Assembly (NCBI GenBank): GCA_958295675.1
Contig: OY282360.1
Location: 530,026 to 594,025 of the forward strand
Source: Minisyncoccota bacterium
GTDB taxonomy: Bacteria; Patescibacteriota; Minisyncoccia; Phycocordibacterales; JABAAK01
Direction: 5' to 3'
DNA length: 64,000 bases
Shown: positions 1 through 9,352 of the stretch, piece after piece
How the letters are laid out: each line of letters begins with the position of its first letter
Position numbering within the stretch: the first letter of the stretch is position 1
Program-made: the position numbers and the translations under genes
Notes under the pieces: generated by a model
Databases searched by the model: none
The model's input: the letters and a program-made list of their open reading frames with translations, nothing else
Told to the model about the DNA's origin: nothing

Positions 1-390
1 GTGTTCATAGTCGTCATACTTGGCTGTCCGTAGAACGGCAAATCGATCAGGCATGACTTTTGTGAAAATAACAGAAACCAGCTGTTCAAAGCACTCTGAT
101 TCAATGTTGTTCCGTTTATCAACATCAACACTCCTATCTCTGATATGTCTCTCCTTTTTTTCCACATACCTCCTATCCTTATCCAGTTTCTCGGGAGGAT
201 AGAATGCACGAAAGGCGGAAACACTGACCCGTCCGTCATGCTCAAGCTGTATACCGATATCCTCATAGTGCTCAACAATACCGGTCATGAGTGTGTGCAT
301 CTTCTCCCGTTCTTTTTTTAGAAATTTGTTCTCAACACCATTACTTGATTCGCGGCCTGAAAAAGAATAGTTTCTTCTTTCCCTTCTCAT
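1..390 (-). CDS. hypothetical protein, N-terminal 130 aa (gene runs off window start)
   Basis: Reverse-strand ORF from ATG at 390-388 (MRRERRNYSF...) is open for 130 codons to position 1. I translated it by hand. It is absent from the ORF track because it has no stop inside the window. No family recognised. Confidence 0.4.
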   Translation of the reverse strand, partial: MRRERRNYSFSGRESSNGVENKFLKKEREKMHTLMTGIVEHYEDIGIQLEHDGRVSVSAFRAFYPPEKLDKDRRYVEKKERHIRDRSVDVDKRNNIESECFEQLVSVIFTKVMPDRFAVLRTAKYDDYEH

Positions 391-499
391 ACTATTGCAG
401 TATAGCATCAAAAACACATGAAGATGGTGTACACTATGCGATATATAAATCATGACGAACCACACTGACCGAAAACAACAATTTTCCGGAGGGTATATC

Positions 500-1201
500 A
501 TGACCGGGTTTAGTACCAATCTTCGTGAAATCGTATACGGCGGCATTGACGGCATTATCACCACTTTTGCCGTTGTCTCCGGTTTTTCCGGCATGTCGCT
601 GACTACGGAATCAGCGGTTTCCCTGTCAGCTGCCGTCGTACTGCTGTTCGGATTCGCGAATCTGTTCGCTGACGGGGTGTCCATGGGTCTCGGCAGTTTT
701 CTCTCTCTTCGATCGGAAAATAAACTGTTTGTGCTTGCAGAAAAAAAGAAACGGGAAGAACTGCGGAAAAATGAATCCTTTGAAGCGCGAAAAACAGCGG
801 ATATACTTGAGGCACACGGATTCTCAAAAGACGATGCGGACACTGTCACGGATATATTCCGAAAAAATAAGGGGTACTGGCTGAACTTCATGATACGGGA
901 AAAAATAAATATTCTTCCTGCTGAAAACAGCGGTATGGTGAAAAAATCTGTCTCCATTTTCTGCGCGTTCATACTCTTCGGCATGGTTCCGATACTGCCC
1001 TTTCTGTTCGTTACTGTCCCGTCACAGGCGTTCTATGTCTCCGTTATGAGTGTCATTATCGCACTCACCGTGCTCGGCATAGTCCGCGGTGCCGTTACAA
1101 AAGAAAACATAGTGTACGCGATCGCGGAGGTGCTTTTCATCGGGCTGGTTGCCGGAAGTATTGCGTTCTTCATCGGTTCTCTGTTTGAAGGGGCGGTATA
1201 G
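500..1201 (+). CDS. VIT1/CCC1-family (vacuolar iron transporter-like) membrane protein
   Basis: GGAGG Shine-Dalgarno at 487-491 precedes ATG 500 (MTGFSTNLREIVYGGIDGIITTFAVVSGFSG). The DGxxTTFAVVSG motif and hydrophobic C-terminal half are typical of VIT/CCC1 (PF01988). Confidence 0.6.
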   Translation: MTGFSTNLREIVYGGIDGIITTFAVVSGFSGMSLTTESAVSLSAAVVLLFGFANLFADGVSMGLGSFLSLRSENKLFVLAEKKKREELRKNESFEARKTADILEAHGFSKDDADTVTDIFRKNKGYWLNFMIREKINILPAENSGMVKKSVSIFCAFILFGMVPILPFLFVTVPSQAFYVSVMSVIIALTVLGIVRGAVTKENIVYAIAEVLFIGLVAGSIAFFIGSLFEGAV

Positions 1202-1250
1202 CGGTGTAGAAAAAGGTAACCATGCGCGCAACGCGCGGTACACTGACGGC

Positions 1251-2108
1251 ATGTCTTTCCCTATCACGACACTCTCACCGGACCAATACCCGCCGTCTCT
1301 GAGAGAAATACCGCACATCCCGAAACATCTTTACTGCCGCGGCAAATCTATGGACGAATCAAAACATGTGATCGCCGTTGTCGGCGCGCGGCGACATTCT
1401 GACTACGGTAGAAAAGCGTGCGAAAAAATAATCACGGATCTCGCAGGATACCCGATAACCGTTATCTCCGGGTTGGCTATCGGCATTGATGCTATCGCGC
1501 ACGAAACAGCCATAGCATCGGGGCTCACCACCGTGGCAGTGGTCGGTTCAGGACTTGACGATTCGGTGCTGTACCCTGCCGTGAACAAGCCGCTCGCGCA
1601 ACGAATTCTTGAACATGACGGCTCGCTTATCTCTGAACTGGAGCCGCAAGCACGCGCGACAAAATACACATTCCCGTCCAGAAACCGCATCATGGCGGGA
1701 CTTGCTGAAATTGTCATCGCCGTGGAATGCGAATTAAAATCAGGAACCCGCATCACTACCCGACTCGCGACTGAATACAACAAAGAGGTCGGCGCGGTAC
1801 CGCACAGTATATTCTCAGAAGTCGGTGCGGGTACAAACGCTCTCATACAGCAGGGCGCGCATGTGATACGGGACGGGAGAGATGTCATTGAACTGCTCGG
1901 TTTGGAAACACCGGTGAACACTGCCGTAAAAACGGAAACACTCACCGATGCGGAACAAAAGGTGTACAATGCACTGAACACACCGAAAACAAAAACCATG
2001 CTGTCACAGGAAACAAATCTGTCCGCACAGGAGCTGCAGTCAGCGATTGCCGCGCTTGAAATGAAAGATGTGGTGATAGAAATGATGGGGACAGTACAGC
2101 GACGATGA
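1251..2108 (+). CDS. dprA: DNA processing protein DprA (Smf)
   Basis: IAVVGARRHSDYG...ISGLAIGIDAIAHETA Rossmann core with a C-terminal winged-helix-like tail. In-frame ATG at 1251. TGA stop. Confidence 0.8.
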   Translation: MSFPITTLSPDQYPPSLREIPHIPKHLYCRGKSMDESKHVIAVVGARRHSDYGRKACEKIITDLAGYPITVISGLAIGIDAIAHETAIASGLTTVAVVGSGLDDSVLYPAVNKPLAQRILEHDGSLISELEPQARATKYTFPSRNRIMAGLAEIVIAVECELKSGTRITTRLATEYNKEVGAVPHSIFSEVGAGTNALIQQGAHVIRDGRDVIELLGLETPVNTAVKTETLTDAEQKVYNALNTPKTKTMLSQETNLSAQELQSAIAALEMKDVVIEMMGTVQRR

Positions 2109-2175
2109 GTGGTGTATAAAAAATATCTCCGCGCCGAATTGCTCCGGAGCGGAGACAGAAGTGTGTCTGAGAAGG

Positions 2176-3588
2176 TTACTTGTCTTCAGACCGTTTGCCG
2201 TAATCAGCCGCATCGCTCATGTCGCCGAGACGGGATGTGGAAATGCCGAAAGTGCTGGCAAAGCGACGAATCCACGCATGAACGATGGTGCGGACTTCAG
2301 GATGTACCCTCACACCGGAACGCAGCCGCAGAAGATACAGCCACTTATCCAGAGTGCCGTTCATCTCGAAAAACACCTCAACACCCATCGGCAGGAAGTA
2401 CAGAATGTCCTGTGACCTGGAAAAGGTATTCCAATACACTCTGGACATGGTTAACCCACCAGCGGTTGAGTGCACTACTTCATTCCGCTTATCTAGTGAT
2501 GGTATTTGATCAAAATACCACCCTGCAAAGCGAACATGTTCCGATTCCGCCGGAAGCGAAAACGATTTCGCATACGGTCGATGCCGCCACAAGTCACGCA
2601 ATGACCGCATTGACACTGAACCAGTACAGCGAATCGTCCCGAATCGTCCGAGAAAATCGTCAGACAGACGGGAATCCAATGCAAGCCGCAACAGGTTATC
2701 AATGTAAGGGCTGCATACCCTTTTTGTGTCAAACAATGCGAAGTGCGCTTCAGCAGATTCAGGTACATCAGAACGAACAAGCCGTTCGTCGCGTGCCAAA
2801 AAGGCATGGTTTTTCAGACAATCTCGCAATGATGCACGAGTGTTGAACTCAGCAGGATCCCGTTCCTTTACGGAATTCGGACACACATGGTTGATGACCC
2901 GAAGCAAATGATCACCGATGGCGGTAATCTCACCCTGACCTAGATAGGACTGCATTTCCCACGCATGCTCAATCAGGTTGCGAATATCACAGGTCAACAC
3001 AACACTGGTACGCGCTGCCAAAGGCAAAAACGCACCGGCGATGTCAAATGCTTTCGGTTCCGCATCCTTCGGTTCCATTCCCTGTTTTCGGAACTCCTCC
3101 TTGAGCATATCCAACACACTGCGGTACTGTGAGAACCAGCCCTTGACGGTATCGTGTGCATCCGTATTGTCCCGGAGAGACGGCGGCAGCAGATACCTTG
3201 TCTCGCTGAAGTCAATGTATCGCGTGGATGCCTCCTGTCCCTGAAACCGAGCGAACTCAATAGTCCGCAACGCACCGTACATGGACACATCCTCAACAGC
3301 AAGCGTCAGATGCCCCATCTCGCCGATGGAATCGTGTCCGTAGTTGCGGAAGTATCTGCCGATAATTCTGTCCCGCTGTTTCAGTGTGAGTTCAGCGAAA
3401 CGAACACGAAGCGGCGCAGGATCGCGCGACAGTGTGGCACCGAGTGCGGCGAACATTTCCGGATCGCCGTTGATCAGCACGACAATCCGAAATCCCAATG
3501 GGTGTTCATATTCCCGCAAACGCATGCCATCGCTACCGACAATTTCAGTCGGTTCAACCGGCAATGCCAGTATGTCTGTGTCAGCCAT
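2176..3588 (-). CDS. thyX: tandem-domain ThyX-like protein (flavin-dependent thymidylate synthase fold, duplicated)
   Basis: First half: GHDSIGEMGHLTLAVEDVSMYGALRTIEFARFQGQEASTRYIDF resembles the ThyX GHESVfEH...RHRxxSxxxESQRY block with a degenerate RHR. Second half has RHRPYAKSFS and two HAWE/HAWI (HAQWEIR-like) blocks. At 470 aa it is about twice canonical ThyX. Confidence 0.4.
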   Translation of the reverse strand: MADTDILALPVEPTEIVGSDGMRLREYEHPLGFRIVVLINGDPEMFAALGATLSRDPAPLRVRFAELTLKQRDRIIGRYFRNYGHDSIGEMGHLTLAVEDVSMYGALRTIEFARFQGQEASTRYIDFSETRYLLPPSLRDNTDAHDTVKGWFSQYRSVLDMLKEEFRKQGMEPKDAEPKAFDIAGAFLPLAARTSVVLTCDIRNLIEHAWEMQSYLGQGEITAIGDHLLRVINHVCPNSVKERDPAEFNTRASLRDCLKNHAFLARDERLVRSDVPESAEAHFALFDTKRVCSPYIDNLLRLALDSRLSDDFLGRFGTIRCTGSVSMRSLRDLWRHRPYAKSFSLPAESEHVRFAGWYFDQIPSLDKRNEVVHSTAGGLTMSRVYWNTFSRSQDILYFLPMGVEVFFEMNGTLDKWLYLLRLRSGVRVHPEVRTIVHAWIRRFASTFGISTSRLGDMSDAADYGKRSEDK

Positions 3589-3765
3589 GAAATCTCTCCC
3601 TTTTGTGGATGTTCACCGCCCCGGTACCTCATTCAAGGAACGGACTTGTGGCAAAAGACCAATGCCGTTGGTGCGGCATACTTCCTATAGTATACATCTA
3701 AAAATAGCAAACAATCAAACAGAACAATTTGACAATAAATCGTGTATACTATATACCGAGAACAT

Positions 3766-5919
3766 ATGCAGAACCTCGTTATCGTTGAGTCACCGACTAA
3801 AGTAAAAACAATAGAAAAATATCTCGGTAAAGAATATAAAGTGGTCGCTTCAGTCGGACATATACGGGATTTGCCGAAAAGCGAAAAAGATGCGGTTGAT
3901 ATTGACCGCGGATTCACGCCGAAATATGTGACCAATACGGAAAAAAAGAAAGTGGTACAGGATATCAAAAAAAAGGCGAGAAGCGCGGACCGCGTCATAC
4001 TCGCGACTGATCCGGACCGTGAAGGCGAAGCGATTGCATGGCACATACAACAGGCCGTTGATCTTGAAAACCCGGATAGGGTTGTATTCAATGAAATAAC
4101 CGAAGAAGCGGTTCGTGAAGCGCTGAAACATCCGAGAAAAATAGATCAATCACTCAGAAAATCACAGGAAGCGCGACGAGTGCTGGACCGGTTATTCGGC
4201 TACACGCTCAGCAAACTCATCTGGACCAAGGTGCGGTACGGACTCTCCGCGGGACGCGTGCAATCCCCGGCTCTGCGCATACTCATGGAACGGGAACGGG
4301 AGATACGAAAGTTCAAACCGGAAACCTATTGGGAAATACGCGGAACATTTAAGCGGGAAGACGGAAAAGAATACATAGCGGAATGTGAAAAGACATTTGA
4401 CAAAAAAGAAGAGGTTTCTGATATTGTACATCAGGCAAAAAAGAAGAAGTGGAAAGTTAATGATATACAGGAACGGATGCAGAAACGAAATCCGCGCGCG
4501 CCGTTCATCACCTCAACACTGCAGCAGGCGGCAAACAGCGCGTTCGGGTGGTCACCGTCATACACAATGCGAACAGCGCAGCGGCTCTATGAAGCGGGAC
4601 ATATCACCTATATGCGCACCGACTCAACAAACCTATCCGCACACGCCCATGCAATGCTGAAAAAGCACATCACGGAAGAATACAATGCGAATGAATACCG
4701 CAGAACGGATTACAAGACAAAAAGCAAATCGGCACAGGAAGCGCACGAAGCAATTCGTCCCGCATCAATCAGCGGCATACACCGCGGAAAAACAAAACAG
4801 GAAAGCGCGCTCTACACCCTGATACATCAGCGAACGGTCGCGAGTCAAATGAACCCCGCGGAACTGGTACGCACTGTGGTATCTTTTACAGCGGACGGCA
4901 TGCCGCTTTTTCTCATTCGCGGTGTCGTCATCGTGAAAGAAGGGTGGTTCATGGCGGATCCGAACGCGCGCGGTGAAGAAATAACGCTTCCGACATTCAA
5001 CAAAGATGAGAATATGATATGCACTGATATGCAGTCAGCGGAAAAACAGACCGCTCCGCCGTCACGCTACTCAGAAGCCGGATTGGTTAAGGAACTTGAA
5101 GCGCGAGGCATCGGCAGACCATCCACCTATGCTCCGACTATCCAGACACTTGTGGAGAGAAAGTATGTTGAAAAAGAGAACCGATCACTCAAACCGACAA
5201 CACTCGGCGATGTTGTCAGCTCATTCATAGAAAAAAACTTTGAAAACTATATCAGCGATTCCTTCACGGCAAATATGGAACAGAATCTTGATGAAATAGC
5301 GAACGGAAAAAAGGAATACGAGGAAACACTTTCATTATTCTACCGTCCGTTCAGAGAAAGTGTGGAATCAAAACAGGATGTTCCCAAACTGACTTCACTC
5401 GGTGCCGCACCGAAAGAATACCTCTGTCCTGTCTGTGACGGCACTATGGAATACAAACTGTCAAAAACAGGCACTTTCATGAGTTGCAAAAAGTATCCCG
5501 AGTGTCTCGGGGCGCGCACGGATGAAGGAGAAGAAATACAGCCGCCGAAACCGATCGGCAAACCATGCCCGAAATGCGGTGAATCGCTGGTGAAACGAAC
5601 CGGTAGATTCGGTGAATTCATCAGTTGTGAAACATACCCGAAATGCAAGTATGTTGAAGAAGACCCCGAAGAAAAAGCAAGAAAAGATACCGGTGTGCTG
5701 TGTACAATCTGCAAAAAAGGAACCATAATTGAACGACAGGGTAAGTTCGGTCCTTTCTTCGGTTGCTCAGAATACCCGAAATGCAAGAACACAATGCGCG
5801 CGCGACCGACGGGAGAAAAATGTCCAGAATGCGGCGCACTGATGATGGAAGGCACAAAGACCATACCAAATCGCTGCTCTGTAAAGACATGTCCGATGCA
5901 TAACCCGCACAAGGCATAA
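3766..5919 (+). CDS. topA: DNA topoisomerase I
   Basis: TOPRIM N-terminus (MQNLVIVESPTKVKTIEKYLG, DPDREGEAIAWH) and active-site-region motif (TYMRTDS). Four C-terminal Cys4 zinc ribbons (CPVCDG..CKKYPEC etc). Confidence 0.9.
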   Translation: MQNLVIVESPTKVKTIEKYLGKEYKVVASVGHIRDLPKSEKDAVDIDRGFTPKYVTNTEKKKVVQDIKKKARSADRVILATDPDREGEAIAWHIQQAVDLENPDRVVFNEITEEAVREALKHPRKIDQSLRKSQEARRVLDRLFGYTLSKLIWTKVRYGLSAGRVQSPALRILMEREREIRKFKPETYWEIRGTFKREDGKEYIAECEKTFDKKEEVSDIVHQAKKKKWKVNDIQERMQKRNPRAPFITSTLQQAANSAFGWSPSYTMRTAQRLYEAGHITYMRTDSTNLSAHAHAMLKKHITEEYNANEYRRTDYKTKSKSAQEAHEAIRPASISGIHRGKTKQESALYTLIHQRTVASQMNPAELVRTVVSFTADGMPLFLIRGVVIVKEGWFMADPNARGEEITLPTFNKDENMICTDMQSAEKQTAPPSRYSEAGLVKELEARGIGRPSTYAPTIQTLVERKYVEKENRSLKPTTLGDVVSSFIEKNFENYISDSFTANMEQNLDEIANGKKEYEETLSLFYRPFRESVESKQDVPKLTSLGAAPKEYLCPVCDGTMEYKLSKTGTFMSCKKYPECLGARTDEGEEIQPPKPIGKPCPKCGESLVKRTGRFGEFISCETYPKCKYVEEDPEEKARKDTGVLCTICKKGTIIERQGKFGPFFGCSEYPKCKNTMRARPTGEKCPECGALMMEGTKTIPNRCSVKTCPMHNPHKA

Positions 5920-6001
5920 TCATAAAAAATTCTGCCGATGTCCGAAGACAATCAGCAGAATATGGATCGGAACAACGCAATCAATCGTGAGCATGAAGAC
6001 A

Positions 6002-6559
6002 TCAAAGACCGAGCACTAATTTTTGCAAATCAGCGCGGGTTACTTTAACATCCTTATCACCTCTCCACAACGCGGTACACGCTCCGGAAAGAAACGATTC
6101 TGACGATTCCGTCTTTAAGCCATCGACACATTGCTCACGGGAAACAGTTGTGCCGTCACTCAGTTTGATTTTTGCGTCGGCATAATGCACCAACACATCA
6201 GCAAGTCGTCTGTTGTACTCACACCAAATGGGTACATCGTACCTGTATTCCCCTGTTTCCTCATCAAGCATGGGAAAAAGGTAATCCCTGTAGTCAATAC
6301 CTGCATCACGAATTCTGATGCAAATACTGACATCCTGTTCGGGTGAAGAAGGTGCGGGAGAACCTTCATGGCGCGGCAAAGCAGCGGCTTTTGGCTCTTT
6401 CTTTTCCGAATCTGATTGATTGAAAAAGGCAAAACCCTGAGACCGAACTCCGGAAAGTGTACCACTCTCCGCGGCAACGGCACAAACACACGACACCTGC
6501 ACACCGGCACAAACAAAAAAACCGGCAAGCACTTTTTTTAAACCACCTTTCACCATCAC
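6002..6559 (-). CDS. secreted protein, member 1 of a WCxYN/ACTALW C-terminal-domain family
   Basis: N-terminal signal peptide. The C-terminal ~90 aa (IWCEYNRRLA...DGTTVSREQC...ACTALWRGD...LQKLV) are shared with the next two genes. Confidence 0.55.
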   Translation of the reverse strand: MMVKGGLKKVLAGFFVCAGVQVSCVCAVAAESGTLSGVRSQGFAFFNQSDSEKKEPKAAALPRHEGSPAPSSPEQDVSICIRIRDAGIDYRDYLFPMLDEETGEYRYDVPIWCEYNRRLADVLVHYADAKIKLSDGTTVSREQCVDGLKTESSESFLSGACTALWRGDKDVKVTRADLQKLVLGL

Positions 6560-6708
6560 ACAACCTCCTTCAGTGAGCAGGACGAAAGAACACTCTATTT
6601 ATATTTTATCACAACAAGAAGAGTATATATAAAAAAGTAACACCGATGTGAATAAAAAGTAACCGCGACAATATACATGTTTTCACATGACATTGTCGCG
6701 GTAAAATG

Positions 6709-8301
6709 CTACCTCACTCCGGGAACGAGCATACTAAGATCTCGCACCCGAATTGTGGCCATCTCTTGATCACCTTTCCATAGCGCAGTACACGCCCTAG
6801 AAAGATCAGAAGGACCGTCATGTGCCGCAAGATTCCTGATACATTCATCTTGCGATACAGACGTGCCGTCATCAAGAGAAATTTCCTCAAATGAAGAAGG
6901 ACCGGATTCAGCGAGTTTCAGCGCAAGTCGAGCATTGTATCGGCACCAGATAACAGGCTGGTATCTCCAGCTCCGTGTTCTGGTGTTGAATACTCTCTCA
7001 CGCAGATACGCCCTGTGGTTCAGGGTACGCAACTTCTCACACGCGTTCCTCGAGTTTTGATCATCAGAATGCTGAGCAAGGTTTTCCGCCGGAACCACTT
7101 GATCCGATTCACCCTCTTCAACAGGATCCTCAATCACCTCGGGTCCATCGGCTTCAGCATCATCTTCAAAGAACGGGAAGTCGTCAACCAAAACCGGTTT
7201 CGGTGTTTCGTCAACAAAAGTCACCTCCACACGAATTGGTTTGTGATGTTCCGGAAGAACATCAAGATCGGTGCTCGCAGCGTCCTCAGCAGAACCATCA
7301 AATCCGGGGAGATGAAGAACCGGATCTTCAACGACCACTTCTCCGGAGAGATTCGGCTCTTCAACAACAACCGCTTCTCCGGAGAGATTCGGCTCTTCAA
7401 CAACAACCGCTTCTCCGGAGAGATTTGGCTCTGCAACAACAACCGCTTCTCCGGTGAGATGAGGAGTCAGATCTTCAACAACCACTTCCAGCACTCTCAC
7501 TCTGTCGCCATCAGCAGTTTCAACCTCAAACTCTCTCAAAGGAAGACCACTTTCTGCAGGAGTCGAGGGGGTGAGAATTTTCCCGGCGCCAGCAGCTTTC
7601 TCCTCAATCTCTTTCAGAGAAACACCGAATCCTCCTTCTGCTTCCTCAACTACTGCACCTAGTTGCGCAGGATCCGGAGAGTCGTCGCTTACTCCTTCCG
7701 ATCCCTCAATTTCTGTACGTGGTGGCACAGAAGTCAAGGTCTCATCAGTCGCTGTTGCCCCCTCATCCGTTTCGCTTGATAGCGCAGGAGCCGGAGAGTC
7801 GTCGCTTACTCCTTCCGATTCCTCAATTTCCGTACTTGGTTGCACAGAAGTCAAGGTCTCGTCAGTCGCTATTGCCTCCTCAAACATCTCGCTTGGTAGC
7901 GTGGTTTCCGGAAACAGAACAGCGGGATCTTCCCCAGCTACTGCATCTGGTTGCGTAACAACCAGAGAGTCGTCAGATGCTTCCACTTCCTCAACTTCCG
8001 CGCTTGGTTGCACAGGAGCCGGAGTGTCGTCAGATGCTTCCACTTCCTCAACTTCCGCGCTTGGTTGCACAGGAGCCGGAGTCTCGTCAGTCGCTGTTGC
8101 CTCCTCATCCATTTCGCTTGATAGCGCAGGAGCCGGAGAGTTGTCAAATTGAGTTTCAGTCCTTCCTTCAAAGGAAAACAGAAACCGAGTCGTTTGCTCC
8201 ACAAACACCTCGAACGGTATATCGCCGTATTTGTGCTCAAATACGGCACCTCCACCGAACAGGGTCAATGCAGAAACCACACACAAAAAACCTTTGAACA
8301 T
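6709..8301 (-). CDS. secreted acidic repeat protein, member 2 of the same C-terminal-domain family
   Basis: Signal peptide. Long D/E/S/T/P/A low-complexity body built from DNA tandem repeats. C-terminus VIWCRYNARLA...DGTSVSQDEC...ACTALWKGD...LSMLV. Confidence 0.6.
   Translation of the reverse strand: MFKGFLCVVSALTLFGGGAVFEHKYGDIPFEVFVEQTTRFLFSFEGRTETQFDNSPAPALSSEMDEEATATDETPAPVQPSAEVEEVEASDDTPAPVQPSAEVEEVEASDDSLVVTQPDAVAGEDPAVLFPETTLPSEMFEEAIATDETLTSVQPSTEIEESEGVSDDSPAPALSSETDEGATATDETLTSVPPRTEIEGSEGVSDDSPDPAQLGAVVEEAEGGFGVSLKEIEEKAAGAGKILTPSTPAESGLPLREFEVETADGDRVRVLEVVVEDLTPHLTGEAVVVAEPNLSGEAVVVEEPNLSGEAVVVEEPNLSGEVVVEDPVLHLPGFDGSAEDAASTDLDVLPEHHKPIRVEVTFVDETPKPVLVDDFPFFEDDAEADGPEVIEDPVEEGESDQVVPAENLAQHSDDQNSRNACEKLRTLNHRAYLRERVFNTRTRSWRYQPVIWCRYNARLALKLAESGPSSFEEISLDDGTSVSQDECIRNLAAHDGPSDLSRACTALWKGDQEMATIRVRDLSMLVPGVR
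7339..7460. repeat. intragenic 36-bp tandem repeat (about 3.3 copies)
   Basis: Unit ttctccggagagattcggctcttcaacaacaaccgc reiterated head-to-tail. Further ~60-100 bp near-perfect reiterations lie at 7660-8130. Confidence 0.8.
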
Positions 8302-8493
8302 GGTCTTTTCCTTCAGTTGTTGATGGTAGACAGCACAAAGACTGCCACTCTAGTTTCTATTATATAAAATATAAACATATTGTCAACTTTTATAGAATAA
8401 GGTTCAAAAAAAATACAACTAAATAACCCCTTCCCTATATAAAAAGAAAAAGACCACAACAACAAGATAAACTGTCGTTGTGGCCTTTGAAAA

Positions 8494-9126
8494 TCACCGC
8501 CGATCAAAAACGAGACGGTACAAGTCAGATGACATCACGGTGGGCTTTCCACCACGAAGCAACACTGAGCAAGCGCGGGAATAAAGGTTCTTCCCGTCCG
8601 TCTGCATCGGCAGATGGGCGACACAGTCCTCAACCGTGACTGGCTCGCCGTCAACATCAATGCTGTCCGCGGCAATGTCTGCGTTTCCAAGTTCAGCAGC
8701 CAATGTGCGGTTGTACGCACACCATGTTGCTGCCGAGTAAACACGAAACCCGCCATCCCCGAGGTTAGTGTCATAGCGGGTACTCGGTTGTTGATCTGCA
8801 TACTGATCGCATGGATTTTCATCCACTTCGGAATCATCAGATGCGGACTGATCAGCAACCATCTCAGGCATGGGGGGCATGGCTACAGGATGAGGCACAA
8901 CATACGGACCCGAACGCGACACTATTGCCCCATTTCGTTCCCGGTACTGCTCACCAAAGAGCGATGAGACGCTTCTGTCACCATAGTGATGCATGAAAAA
9001 TGCACCGAGAACCGGCAACGAAAGCATGAACAACGCCAAAACGACACCGCGCAATACACCGCCACTCCGTTTTGCATCACCACCAGTTTTTGCCCCGTCT
9101 TCGGGAGCAGTATCCTGTGTGTCCAT
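8494..9126 (-). CDS. membrane-anchored/secreted protein, member 3 of the same C-terminal-domain family
   Basis: N-terminal TM anchor. C-terminus TWCAYNRTLA...DGEPVTVEDC...ACSVLLRGG...LYRLV. Confidence 0.55.
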   Translation of the reverse strand: MDTQDTAPEDGAKTGGDAKRSGGVLRGVVLALFMLSLPVLGAFFMHHYGDRSVSSLFGEQYRERNGAIVSRSGPYVVPHPVAMPPMPEMVADQSASDDSEVDENPCDQYADQQPSTRYDTNLGDGGFRVYSAATWCAYNRTLAAELGNADIAADSIDVDGEPVTVEDCVAHLPMQTDGKNLYSRACSVLLRGGKPTVMSSDLYRLVFDRR

Positions 9127-9352
9127 TTTTCCTCCTTACTGGAAGTTGAAAAGAAATATAAAGAGACCCGTATAAATGGTCCCTAGTCCTGAATATATAA
9201 TAGTATGAAAACAATATATTGTCAATATCCCCTTATATAATACTCATATACCGCGATTATCACATAGATAACCACATAGCAGCAAAACCGGGGGATATAC
9301 ACATTCTCTTTCCATACAAAATCGGAAAATACCTTCTATTTTATTACAAAAA

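Noticed and set aside
603-1318. Short ORFs overlapping the VIT transporter and dprA (603..827, 626..817, 1022..1318)
   Set aside because: They are fully nested in or antisense to well-supported genes and have no Shine-Dalgarno or motifs.
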